The notes: generated from the letters alone by a model not told the origin. A stretch of DNA of 64,000 nucleotides from Obrimoposthia wandeli (GCA_977020255.1 CDROCS010002469.1:1-64000); one strand, 5' to 3'. Shown: positions 29,792 through 41,323, counted from the stretch's first letter. Numbers and translations: made by a program.

Positions 29792-31116
29792 GACTCAATA
29801 TGTCATTGATAAATAATACACACAATACTACATTAACAAGCTGGGTCGCTTCAGCGAACAGTGGGAATACCGATTTCCCTATCCAGAACTTACCTTTTGC
29901 TATTTTTCGCCGTAGCAATAGTGATGAAGCCTTTCGCGGTGGTGTTGCCATCGGCGACAAAATCGTTGACTTAGCAGCACTTGCTGAACAGGCACTCTTT
30001 GAAGGTGTGGCGCAAGAAGCACTGTTAATGTGTAGCAAATCGCAACTCAACGATTTTATGGCGATGGATCACACTGCTTGGTCAGCTTTAAGAGCAGCAC
30101 TGTCTAGTGCACTGGCAACTGATTCGCCACTACAAAGCAAAGTCCAATCAACACTCGTTGCACAAGACCAAGTGGAATATGATCTTCCCTGTCGTATTGG
30201 CGATTACACTGATTTTTACACATCCATTAACCATGCAACGACCATCGGCTCAATATTCAGACCTGACAACCCATTGCTACCTAATTACAAGTGGCTACCT
30301 ATTGGTTACCATGGTCGTTCTTCATCTATCACCGTTTCAGGTAAAAACTTTCATCGCCCTTGCGGTCAAACCAAGCCACCAACTGCCGACGAGCCAACTT
30401 TAGGCCCTTGTAAACGCCTTGATTACGAAATGGAAGTGGGCATCTATATCGGTTCTAGCAACGACATGGGAAGCCCTATTGCGATTGATGAAGCAGACCA
30501 ACACGTATTTGGCATGTGTTTATTTAATGACTGGTCAGCGCGGGATATTCAAGGCTGGGAATACCAACCATTAGGCCCTTTCTTGGCCAAAAATTTCGCC
30601 TCTACCGTTTCGCCATGGATCATCACTAATGAAGCGTTAGCGCCCTTTCGCGAAGCATGGAGCCGTGATGAAGCTGACCCGCAACCACTAGCTTATTTAG
30701 ATAGCGAAAAGAACAGCACTATCGGTTCTTACGACATCCAACTAGAAGTAACATTGCAAACCGCTAAAATGCGCGCTGCTAATAATGCCGGCCAAAAAAT
30801 TACTCGCACCAGTTTCAACCATTCATATTGGACAGTGGCACAAATGGTGGCGCATCACACCGTCAATGGCTGTAATTTGCAACCGGGTGATTTCTTCGGC
30901 AGTGGCACACAATCGGGCCCTAGCTTAGGTGAAGTAGGCTCAATGATGGAGCTTTCGCAAGCGGGAAAAAACAGCTTCGCTTTAGAAAATGGTGAATCTC
31001 GCGTTTTCTTAGAAGATGGTGATGCGGTAATTATGAGTGGTTTTTGTGAAGCAAAAAATGCGACTCGCATTGGTTTCGGCGAAGTAAAAGCGACTATATT
31101 ACCTGCTAAAGTATAA
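29788..31116 (+). CDS. fahA: Fumarylacetoacetase
   Basis: DFPIQNLPF, IGDYTDFY, PIGYHGRSSS, LDYEME, NDWSARDIQGWEYQPLGPF; start may be 29800. Confidence 0.94.
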   Translation: MRLNMSLINNTHNTTLTSWVASANSGNTDFPIQNLPFAIFRRSNSDEAFRGGVAIGDKIVDLAALAEQALFEGVAQEALLMCSKSQLNDFMAMDHTAWSALRAALSSALATDSPLQSKVQSTLVAQDQVEYDLPCRIGDYTDFYTSINHATTIGSIFRPDNPLLPNYKWLPIGYHGRSSSITVSGKNFHRPCGQTKPPTADEPTLGPCKRLDYEMEVGIYIGSSNDMGSPIAIDEADQHVFGMCLFNDWSARDIQGWEYQPLGPFLAKNFASTVSPWIITNEALAPFREAWSRDEADPQPLAYLDSEKNSTIGSYDIQLEVTLQTAKMRAANNAGQKITRTSFNHSYWTVAQMVAHHTVNGCNLQPGDFFGSGTQSGPSLGEVGSMMELSQAGKNSFALENGESRVFLEDGDAVIMSGFCEAKNATRIGFGEVKATILPAKV

Positions 31117-31121
31117 GTTAT

Positions 31122-31272
31122 CATTACTGTCCGGTTAATAAATGTAGGCTCTCTAACTCGTTGATTTGTGGTTTCTAGCATAGTTAATTGGATTTTTTAA
31201 GCCAAATAGCACTTGTGTTTAACGTAAAATCAATGAGTTAAAGAACAACAAAAATTAAACCGGACACTAATG
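31122..31272 (+). mobile_element. MITE copy 2 (151 bp) with 9-bp TSD ATAAGTTAT
   Basis: TIRs CATTACTGTCCGGTT / AACCGGACACTAATG; exact direct repeat at 31113-31121 and 31273-31281. Confidence 0.9.
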
Positions 31273-31373
31273 ATAAGTTATAAGAACACTGCGTTTAGTT
31301 AAGCTAAACGCTGTGTGGTTTATCAATATCAATGTTACCTTCCTACCTTTTTCAATTAGTTAAGCCAGTTAAA

Positions 31374-32345
31374 TCAATCGAACCTTTTAATATTCTTCAA
31401 AGTCTCACCCGTTTTCCAGCGCGTTATATTCTCACTAAAGAACTGTAAATAGTGACGCTCAAACCCATGCACGCCATCCGCCATATGTGGAGAAATCATC
31501 AAGTTTTCAATCTGCCACAACGGGCTATCACTCGCTAGCGGCTCCTGTGCAAACACATCAAAAAATGCAGCTTTGATCGGTCCATCTTTAAGCACTGCCT
31601 GCAACGCATCTTCATCAACTATCCCACCTCTTGCAGTATTGATCAAACAAGCTCCTTGCTTCATCGCTGATAAAACATCATAACTAAAGCTTCCGGCTGT
31701 TTGCTCATTAAGAGGCAAATGAAGAGAGACGAAATCAGCCAGTGCTAACGCTCCTAATAACTGATCTTCACCATATAATTGATCAACATTGCAATAACTT
31801 TGCGCCGAACGCCTGGTGGCAATTACCCGCATACCTAAGGCTTTAGCATTATCTGCAACCCTTTCACCCACAGCGCCTAAGCCAACAATTAGTAAAGTTT
31901 GTTCACATAACGGTTTAAACTCGCGCGGCTGCCAACTGTTTTTAATCTGTTGCTGCAAATAGTGCTGCAAATTATTATTCATCGCAAGCATTGCGCCCAG
32001 TACTGTTTCTGCTAAAAAACGTGCTAACACCCCTGCACCATTCGTCATTAAAGCATCCTCATTACTCCAAGGCAGCATTTTATCTATGCCTGAGCCTCCT
32101 ACATGGAACCATTGAACACTAGGATAAAGCCCTGCCAAGCGCATGGTACTAGGCGGTAATTCCCCATGATTGATAGAGAAAATAGCTTGTGGCTGGACTT
32201 TAGGCAGCAACAGCTCAACTTCTTCATGGTTTTGAGCATAATGAAATTCAATATCTGGATGCTGATCTTCTAAAATGCCACTAAATTGACCTTTATAGGC
32301 ATGTATTATCAATATTGATGTAATATTTTGGCGAGCTTGAGTCAT
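31374..32345 (-). CDS. D-2-hydroxyacid dehydrogenase (GhrA-like)
   Basis: IVGLGAVG, INTARGGIVDE, FDVFAQEPL, ISPHMA. Confidence 0.87.
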   Translation of the reverse strand: MTQARQNITSILIIHAYKGQFSGILEDQHPDIEFHYAQNHEEVELLLPKVQPQAIFSINHGELPPSTMRLAGLYPSVQWFHVGGSGIDKMLPWSNEDALMTNGAGVLARFLAETVLGAMLAMNNNLQHYLQQQIKNSWQPREFKPLCEQTLLIVGLGAVGERVADNAKALGMRVIATRRSAQSYCNVDQLYGEDQLLGALALADFVSLHLPLNEQTAGSFSYDVLSAMKQGACLINTARGGIVDEDALQAVLKDGPIKAAFFDVFAQEPLASDSPLWQIENLMISPHMADGVHGFERHYLQFFSENITRWKTGETLKNIKRFD

Positions 32346-32550
32346 TTATTTTTACCTTTTCCTAAAATATAGACGAGAAAACCCTGCATAAAGCTATAAA
32401 TAATGGCGTAAATTGTTTAGATTTAAATTAGCCATTTCTCTGTGCATCTTGAAATTCGTAGCACTAGTCACTATTAATGCGTTACAGCCCGTGATTTTGA
32501 CATCGTTATTGCAAATAAGCGAGAGCACCTGTAGAGCGAATAATCTACTT

Positions 32551-32702
32551 TATTGCTGTCCGGTTAAAAAATGTAAGCTCTCTAACTCATTGATTTGTAG
32601 CTTTCTAACATAGTTAATTGGACTTTTTCAGCCAAATAATACTTGTGGTTAGCGTAAAATCAATGAGTCAAAGAACAACAAATATTAAACCGGACATTAA
32701 TG
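32551..32702 (+). mobile_element. MITE copy 3 (152 bp) with 9-bp TSD AATCTACTT
   Basis: TIRs TATTGCTGTCCGGTT / AACCGGACATTAATG; exact direct repeat at 32542-32550 and 32703-32711. Confidence 0.9.
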
Positions 32703-32886
32703 AATCTACTTATACTCTTTGGCAATAAAAATTAAGGAGGATGAGCAATTTGGTAGCGCTCAAACCTATCTTTAAAATCTTACAGCATTAAATAAGGTTC
32801 AAACTAAATGCAAAGAGTGTCATTTACTTTGAAAGATAAAAAAATTCACATTCAAAAATCAGCACCGCCACATTCAAGGAGATAGT

Positions 32887-33744
32887 ATGAGTGAGCAATA
32901 TGTACCACCTAAAGTCTGGGTAAATGATGTAAATGTTGAAAACAAATGGGCGAACATTAATAGTGATGAATCCGGTGCTAGGTTTGAAAAAGAACTACCT
33001 GTAGGTAAGCATTCATTGCAACTGCATTCACTTGGAACGCCCAACGGTCAAAAAGTAACAATTATGTTAGAAGAGCTACTAGTTCTTGGTATTAAAGAAG
33101 CTGAATATGATGCTTATCAGATTAACATTGGTGATAGTGAACAATTTTCTTCAGGCTTTGTCGATATCAACCCAAACTCTAAAATCCCTGCTTTAATTGA
33201 CAAGTCAGGTCGTGAAGCTGTCAATGTATTCGAATCAGCTTCAATCCTTGTGCATTTAGCCGAGAAGTTTGGTCAATTCCTGCCAAAAACAAGCCCTGGC
33301 CGAACACAAGCGTTTAATTGGTTGTTCTGGGCACAAGGTTCAGCTCCATATTTGGGCGGTGGATTTGGTCATTTCTATGCGTATGCAGATGAAAAACAAG
33401 AATACCCTATCAATCGTTTTGCTATGGAAGCTAAACGCCAATTAGATGTGCTAGATAAGCAACTCGCTGAGAGCACTTATATAGCGGGTGAAGAATACAG
33501 TATTGCCGATATAGCTATATGGCCTTGGTATGGCTGTTTAGCACTTGGAAAATTATACAACGCTGCTGAATTTCTACAGGTAGATGCGTATACTAATGTT
33601 GTGCGTTGGGCAAAATTACTAGAATCTCGTGAAGCAGTTCAACGCGGACTCATTGTCAACCGCTCTTGGGGTGAGCAATGGGAGCAAGTGCCTGAGCGTC
33701 ACTGTGCGCAAAACATTGATGATGTTTTGAAGTTGCGCCCATAG
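32887..33744 (+). CDS. yghU: Glutathione-dependent disulfide-bond oxidoreductase
   Basis: YVPPKVW, SLGTPNGQKV, INPNSKIPAL, APYLGGGFGHFYAYA. Confidence 0.92.
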   Translation: MSEQYVPPKVWVNDVNVENKWANINSDESGARFEKELPVGKHSLQLHSLGTPNGQKVTIMLEELLVLGIKEAEYDAYQINIGDSEQFSSGFVDINPNSKIPALIDKSGREAVNVFESASILVHLAEKFGQFLPKTSPGRTQAFNWLFWAQGSAPYLGGGFGHFYAYADEKQEYPINRFAMEAKRQLDVLDKQLAESTYIAGEEYSIADIAIWPWYGCLALGKLYNAAEFLQVDAYTNVVRWAKLLESREAVQRGLIVNRSWGEQWEQVPERHCAQNIDDVLKLRP

Positions 33745-33761
33745 CATTATTGTTTGACCAA

Positions 33762-33781
33762 GCGCACCTTTACAGGTGCGC
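33762..33781 (+). terminator. Terminator hairpin after yghU
   Basis: GCGCACCT-TTAC-AGGTGCGC. Confidence 0.6.
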
Positions 33782-34418
33782 ATTACTTATCCTTAAGCTA
33801 GAGTTGCAATGGTTCATTTAATTACTTTAAGACGCTTCGCCTATTTATTGATTAGTCTTTGAGGCAGTTCATCTGGCTAATTGAATATTTTGTTCTGAAT
33901 GCGTTTTGGCTGCATAAAACCGGCCTAGTATACTAAGAATAAGTGTACATGCTGGTTAATATGTCTAGAAACCATTATAACTAGCTTATTAACCACACTT
34001 TTGTTTTATGCATAATTCGTGAAACCCTTAGAATATAATTTATATGAATGACGATGTTTTCCTCTCCATTCAAAATAAATATCTTTAGAATTAATCCATT
34101 TGTGCTAATCTAACTCAATAATATCAGCTAGCTACATTAGCTCGCTAGATTTAAGTGGTTATTCAAGTCATGTAATACTGGCGCTATAAAACCTAAAGAG
34201 TCAACGCCAATCATATCTAATCTATTGGGAATAAGCTTAACTAGAGAATATCATCACCACTCCTAGTTTTGTGGATATGTTGTTATAGAGAAAATTATAC
34301 CTAGCTGCTTAATTAAGCCGATCTCAACCTCTTTACAACCAGCTTGTTTTCAATCGCTGATAGGTAGCTAAACAAATTAATAGGTATTTAATAGAAATAA
34401 CCATGTTAGGTATAATTC

Positions 34419-36797
34419 ATGTCTAGATATTTTTTCCAAATACTGGCAAAAAAAATCAACAAATTTAGTATTGTAGTCATTTTTTTTATGGCTTCATTTA
34501 ATTGCTGGGCAAGCCATGCATACTCCGTCATCAATGTCCTAATGATTCACTCCTATAACGAAAATTTACAATGGACAAGTCAACAACACCGTACCTTTAA
34601 GCAAAAAATACAGCAATCACTCCCGTCTAGTCAGTTTAATTTTTTTGTTCAATATATTGATACCAAAAAACTATCACCAACAGATATTTATAAATCTTCA
34701 TTTCGACGCTACATACACACAAAATTTTCCGAAATAAAAATAGATCTAATTTACACCACTGATGATAACGCCACCAACTTTATGTTTGAGTCCAGTACAG
34801 GAGATTTATTATTCCCCGGTGCGCCGCTTGTCTTTTCAGGCGTTAATAACTTCAAACTGTTTACAGTGCAACAACCTGAGAACGCCACTGGAATTTTTGA
34901 AAAACATAGTACCCAAGAAAATATTGAGCTATTAACTGCACTTGATGCCAATTTAAAAAAGGTTTTAATAGTAGGCGACAGCAGCCCCTCTGCCCAGGCA
35001 ATTCAAAACGGGATAGAACAGCTTAAATTAAATTTCCCAATGCTTGATATAGTACTGTTAAATAACTCATCTCTGAGCATACTGTTAAATGATGCCAACG
35101 CACACCCCAATGCCCCCATAGTATTTTCATCTATCGGCGCGCTTCGCGATGATTCAGGGGAGCACATCTCCATTGAGGCTGCCGTAGCTAAATTTATTCC
35201 CCTAGACCGTATTTTAATAGCGACAACACCGGACTTCTTTAACCTAGACAACAGCCCCGTATTAGGTGGCTACATTACTACACCAAATGCGCAAGCGGCT
35301 GCGGCTGCGAAACTCGCTGTACAAGTTCTCACTGGAACTAAAGCAGGGGTTATTGCACCCATTATGCAGCCGCCACTTGAATTAATAATAGACCATAATC
35401 GGCTAGAAGAGCTTGGCCTGGTAATTCCATCTTCACTGCGAGGCAATCTGCGCTTTGTAAATTCACCTACTCCTTTCTTGATTAAAAACCCCAACACTAT
35501 TTATTGGATTACGGGGATTCTTTCTTTCATTTTTGTCATAGCATCGTTACTTTTTATTGTCTTTACTCGTAACCAAAACCGTATCATAAAAGAACAAGCC
35601 ACCGATATGCTTACCAGGCTTCCTAACCGAACGAGTTTAATTAAAGATATTCGAGACGCTAGCTCACCAACGCTTGCAATACTAGACATTGAAGGATTTA
35701 ATTTACTTAACAATTTTTACGGAATAGAGACAGGCGACGCAATCTTATTTAATGTAGCTCAACGCTTATCTTCTCTCGCCCCTCAGTCGATATCTGTTTA
35801 TCGTATGGGTAGTGATGTATTTGCATTGCTAGCAAAGAGAGCGGAGTATCGTGAAACCCTGCAAATAACTGCCAATAATATTGTTGATTCTTTTTCGCGC
35901 AATGATTACAAACATCAAGATGCTAATATTAAAATTAACTTATCTGCTGGGATCTCTGGCTATAAATCGATTGACCCTTTAATAGATGCCAGTAGTGCTC
36001 TATATCAAGCAAAAAACGAACACTCTCACATCGTGATCTACAAAGAAAAGCACGATAATGTGACAAGACAGCAAAAAAATAACGTCATGTGGGTACAAAA
36101 GCTGCGCGATGCACTTAGGGAAGATCGTGTGAAACCTTATTTTCAAGTTATCGTCGACAATAAAACAGGGGAGAGGACAAAAGCAGAGGCATTGGTTCGC
36201 TTAATTGAACCCGATGGCAAGGTAGTTTCACCTTTTTACTTTTTGAGCGCAGCCAAAATATCACGCCAATATTATCAAATCACACATCTTATGATTGAGA
36301 AAAGCCTGCAAGAAATTGCCAATAGCGATATGACAGTCTCTATTAATTTCACTATTGAGGACACCCAACGAGTTGAAACTGTTCAATTTCTCAAGCAACA
36401 GCTAGAAAAGTATAATTGCGCTGACCGCTTTATTATTGAATTGACAGAAAGTGAGGGTATTGAAAACTATGATGATGCGATTGAGTTCATACGGGACATT
36501 CACAGTCTTGGAGCTAAAGTCGCGATTGATGATTTTGGTACGGGTTATTCAAACTTTATGCACCTTATGTCTTTAAATTCGGATTTCCTTAAAATCGATG
36601 GATCTATAGTAAAGCGTTTGTTAGACGACCCTAACGCAGAAATTATTGTTAAAGCATTGGTGCATTTTGCTAAAGATCTTGGCATGAAAACGATTGCTGA
36701 ATTTATAGACTCTCAAGCCCTACAAGATAAAGTGACAGAACTGGGTGTAGATTACTCCCAAGGTTACCATCTTGGTAAGCCTGCACCTCATTTATAG
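34419..36797 (+). CDS. Membrane sensor with degenerate GGDEF and intact EAL domain (c-di-GMP phosphodiesterase)
   Basis: Signal peptide, SBP-like periplasmic region, one TM helix, TDMLTRLPNR, GSDVF in place of GGDEF, EALVR, IELTESE, DDFGTGYS, KIDGS. Confidence 0.85.
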   Translation: MSRYFFQILAKKINKFSIVVIFFMASFNCWASHAYSVINVLMIHSYNENLQWTSQQHRTFKQKIQQSLPSSQFNFFVQYIDTKKLSPTDIYKSSFRRYIHTKFSEIKIDLIYTTDDNATNFMFESSTGDLLFPGAPLVFSGVNNFKLFTVQQPENATGIFEKHSTQENIELLTALDANLKKVLIVGDSSPSAQAIQNGIEQLKLNFPMLDIVLLNNSSLSILLNDANAHPNAPIVFSSIGALRDDSGEHISIEAAVAKFIPLDRILIATTPDFFNLDNSPVLGGYITTPNAQAAAAAKLAVQVLTGTKAGVIAPIMQPPLELIIDHNRLEELGLVIPSSLRGNLRFVNSPTPFLIKNPNTIYWITGILSFIFVIASLLFIVFTRNQNRIIKEQATDMLTRLPNRTSLIKDIRDASSPTLAILDIEGFNLLNNFYGIETGDAILFNVAQRLSSLAPQSISVYRMGSDVFALLAKRAEYRETLQITANNIVDSFSRNDYKHQDANIKINLSAGISGYKSIDPLIDASSALYQAKNEHSHIVIYKEKHDNVTRQQKNNVMWVQKLRDALREDRVKPYFQVIVDNKTGERTKAEALVRLIEPDGKVVSPFYFLSAAKISRQYYQITHLMIEKSLQEIANSDMTVSINFTIEDTQRVETVQFLKQQLEKYNCADRFIIELTESEGIENYDDAIEFIRDIHSLGAKVAIDDFGTGYSNFMHLMSLNSDFLKIDGSIVKRLLDDPNAEIIVKALVHFAKDLGMKTIAEFIDSQALQDKVTELGVDYSQGYHLGKPAPHL

Positions 36798-37030
36798 CCA
36801 ACATACCTCATCTGATAATCAGTCACCGCAGCTTTTAGGCTAGATCCATATTCATCATTTTGGAAGGTAGATATAAAAACTTAACAATGCCTACAACACA
36901 TCACTGCCTGGAAAACCGCAGGCTAACCCAAGTAGTCCATATTGCAATGATTAATTTTCAATGTAAGTTTTTTAAAGATATGATGATATGCGATTGAAAA
37001 TAAGAAACTTATTAATATTTAGGAGGAGCA

Positions 37031-37402
37031 ATGGGAAATACTGCGAAAAAATTGAAACGTTCAAAAGACAAAGCAAAAAAAGAGCGTTCAAGAAAAGTGA
37101 ATAAAAAATTGAATACTGCTTCAGATGTAGCTCAAATCTCAGATGATTTGATTAGCTCTTTTGCAGGACTTCCTCCGCCGTGCCGCAATTTTCTTGCAGT
37201 GAAGTTTATAAAAGAGATCGCGAACCACCAAGCACCGGCAAGAGAGAGCGATAACAGTGAAATGATTGTGGCTATATTTTACGCCATGTATGTACATTGG
37301 TACTCGACAGGGAACAAAGAAATTCAGCATCAAAACATGAGTTTTCTAGCTGAATCATTTGTTAAACACCCTGTGTTTCTAAATCAATTAAATACCCTTT
37401 AA
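37031..37402 (+). CDS. Hypothetical protein with Lys/Arg-rich N-terminus
   Basis: 123-aa ORF with a strong AGGAGGA RBS; no family recognised. Confidence 0.65.
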   Translation: MGNTAKKLKRSKDKAKKERSRKVNKKLNTASDVAQISDDLISSFAGLPPPCRNFLAVKFIKEIANHQAPARESDNSEMIVAIFYAMYVHWYSTGNKEIQHQNMSFLAESFVKHPVFLNQLNTL

Positions 37403-37780
37403 GGCGGTAAAGCTCTCTATTAAGTCGAGTATTACAGTGCTAAAATTCTCGTCATATTAACAAACTTATGCTCAATGCCAAGGCTCAGTATGTACTCTTT
37501 CCCCCATCATATTTGTGATTGATACTATCCACTATTAACACCCATTACCCATATAACTAAAAGCTAACTGACAATGAAAATAGGTTATGTTGGCAGCTGT
37601 AGGCGGCCTAGTAAACAAAGAGGTTGCTCGATCAAACAAAGGAAGGAAGGAAGGAAGGACAAATACTAATATACAACAAAAACTTAACTCCGCTGAATTT
37701 ATCACTATTTCCCACCCTGGTAATGCTAAGCAGATTCAACGAGGATTAGTCACTTTCCTAACCCCTGTAGGTATTATCAG

Positions 37781-38281
37781 TTATATCCATCCCAACACCT
37801 TTAAATCAAGTGCTTGGGCTGAGGTTAACACACCATTATTATCCGCATAAACATACTCACCCGCTTTAAAAGTAATCCCCCCAAAACTAATATCGATATT
37901 CACATCCCCTAAGCCACGCTTCTGGGTTTTTAACGGATGGGATCCTAATGCTTGTACACCTAAATCTATACCAGCCATCGCATTTACATCTCTAACGCAA
38001 CCATTAATGATGATCCCCTGCCAGCCGTTTTCAGATGCTTTTTGCGCTAACATATCACCTAACATAGCGTGACGCATTGATGCCCCACCATCAACAACCA
38101 ATACTTTACCATTACCATTTTGTGCTACTAATTCACGTACTTTAGAGTTATCTTCAAAAGCCTTCAATGTCACTATTTCGCCATAAAAAGTTTCTCTTGC
38201 ACCAAAATTTCTCAGCATTGGTTGAAGAATATTTATTATATCGGCATGTTGATCACAAATTTCTGGTAGTAAATCCTGCAT
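37781..38281 (-). CDS. rraA: RraA family (ribonuclease E activity regulator / HMG aldolase-like)
   Basis: FEDNSKVRE, LVVDGGASMRHAMLGD, GCVRD, YADNNG. Confidence 0.88.
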   Translation of the reverse strand: MQDLLPEICDQHADIINILQPMLRNFGARETFYGEIVTLKAFEDNSKVRELVAQNGNGKVLVVDGGASMRHAMLGDMLAQKASENGWQGIIINGCVRDVNAMAGIDLGVQALGSHPLKTQKRGLGDVNIDISFGGITFKAGEYVYADNNGVLTSAQALDLKVLGWI

Positions 38282-38590
38282 GATTTATTCCTTCTTAACG
38301 CTCAATCTATTTGCATTTAAAGATAGTTATAATCAACCCAAGTGACAATGATTAACTGCACTTTCTATTAATAAACTGCGCCTTTGAGCTTAAATCTTAG
38401 TTTCACCAATAAACCCTCCTTACAAGAAGGCAAAACAATACTTGCTAGAATTTTTTTATTCCATTACAAAAATAAAATAATTCCTGCAATAAGAACACGT
38501 TATATGTTACAACTAAGCTGGATAAAAACTATCAGCGCTATTTCTAATCAATTGTATAGTCGCTTTTTCCTAAAACGAGAGATTCAACTC

Positions 38591-39667
38591 ATGAATAATT
38601 CAAGCTATCCTAGTGCCAGCCAAAATTTAGACCAAACACCGAAAATAGATTTTCGCAGTGATACTGTCACAAAACCAAGTGATTCAATGCGCGCTTGCAT
38701 GGCACAAGCTCAAGTTGGCGATGATGTTTATGGAGAAGATCCTTCAATTAACCAACTGCAGTTAAAAGTCGCAACTTTATTAAATAAAGAAGCGAGTTTA
38801 TTCGTTCCAACCGGTACTATGAGTAACTTACTTGCACTGATGTCTCATTGTCAAAGAGCAGATGAAGTGTTAGTTGGTGATCAATATCACATCTATAGCC
38901 ATGAAGCAGGTGGCGCATCCGTATTGGGCAGCATAGCGATGCACTCTATCGCCACCACTGCCAAAGGTTATATCAAAGCAGAGCATATCGCTGCAGCGAT
39001 AAAACCTGACGATGCACATTTTGCAAAAACTAAATTAATCAGTTTAGAGAATACTGTCTCTGGCTTTGTACAGCCACAAGCAGAGATCAATGCCATTATT
39101 CAACTTGCACAGGATAATCAGTTAAAGGTGCATTTAGATGGGGCTAGATTAATGCACGCAGTAGTGAAAACAGGGAAAAGTGCTGCTCAATTATGCCAAC
39201 ATATAGATTCAGTTTCACTGTGCCTCTCTAAAGGCTTAGGTGCACCTGCAGGCTCAGTATTAAGTGGTTCAAAAACATTCATTAGTCGTGCAAAGCGATT
39301 AAGAAAAATGCTAGGCGGAGGAATGCGACAAGCGGGTATTATTGCAGCAGCAGGCATTTATGCACTAGATAATAATGTACAGCGACTGACTGAAGACCAC
39401 CAATTAGCGAAATACTTTGCAGAGCAATTGAATAGCATATCACCGCTTGAAGTTGATAAAAATAACATTGAAACTAATATGTTTTTTGTAGATTTCCCGC
39501 TAGCTTTAGGTAAACCAGCAACGCAAACATTGGCCAATTATTTACTTCAATTTGGCATATGTATTGGTGACTCAGCAACTTGTCGTATTGTATTACACTT
39601 AGATATCAACAAAGAAGCAGTTGATTTAACATTAGCAAAGATAAAAGAATATTACCAAGCGAATTAA
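38591..39667 (+). CDS. ltaE: Low-specificity L-threonine aldolase
   Basis: DFRSDTVTKP, GDDVYGEDP, HLDGARL, CLSKGLGAPAGS, LGGGMRQAG; start taken at MNNSSY. Confidence 0.9.
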   Translation: MNNSSYPSASQNLDQTPKIDFRSDTVTKPSDSMRACMAQAQVGDDVYGEDPSINQLQLKVATLLNKEASLFVPTGTMSNLLALMSHCQRADEVLVGDQYHIYSHEAGGASVLGSIAMHSIATTAKGYIKAEHIAAAIKPDDAHFAKTKLISLENTVSGFVQPQAEINAIIQLAQDNQLKVHLDGARLMHAVVKTGKSAAQLCQHIDSVSLCLSKGLGAPAGSVLSGSKTFISRAKRLRKMLGGGMRQAGIIAAAGIYALDNNVQRLTEDHQLAKYFAEQLNSISPLEVDKNNIETNMFFVDFPLALGKPATQTLANYLLQFGICIGDSATCRIVLHLDINKEAVDLTLAKIKEYYQAN

Positions 39668-40074
39668 TTGATGTAAAAAACACTACCATTCAAGCACGAT
39701 AGATATAGCAGGCCACTAGCTAAATAAACAATATGGCTTAGTACTTTAAAGAGATTAGATTATTTATAATAACTTACAAACAGCTATGCAGTGAATAGTG
39801 CGCTTAGCCGCTCAATCAAAACCTTAATAGCTACGAGCAGCTTTTGTTTACCTTAAAATTCGCTAAGGGACCTCAGAATCACAATAGTGCTCAATAGCAT
39901 AGTGTTTAAATCGTCTATATATGCTGATTAAAATCAGCTACTTAAACTATTCAAGCCTTATCTTATGATCCCTCGATATATTATGCAGAGCCTTCAAGAT
40001 ATGAAGAAGAATATGCCCCCTTAGTCGATTTAAGCTGCGCCTAACTCACCTAAAATAAATCATAAAGCTTACAA

Positions 40075-41088
<1,014 letters not shown>

Positions 41089-41323
41089 TTAGATCTCAAA
41101 TAGGTTTTAAATGCTAAGGTGATGATTACCAACTAACCCATTATCAATGTAAATCATTTAGCGGATAAGCACATTGATTTATGCCAAACAAAAACACATT
41201 CAAAGCTCTAAATATCTGTATGCGAAATTCTGCAGAGAATCATTGGCTTCAAAAAAGCCAACTGAATACCGATAAGTCGTTAGAACATTCATTAATAATT
41301 CTCCTTGGACAAACTTAACATAG

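Noticed and set aside
31113-32711. 2-hydroxyacid dehydrogenase flanked by two MITEs as a composite transposon
   Set aside because: Each MITE has its own distinct 9-bp TSD, indicating independent insertions.
38384-38590. 69-codon N-terminal extension of ltaE in the ORF track
   Set aside because: AT-rich promoter-like sequence from a TTG start; homology begins near DFRSD.
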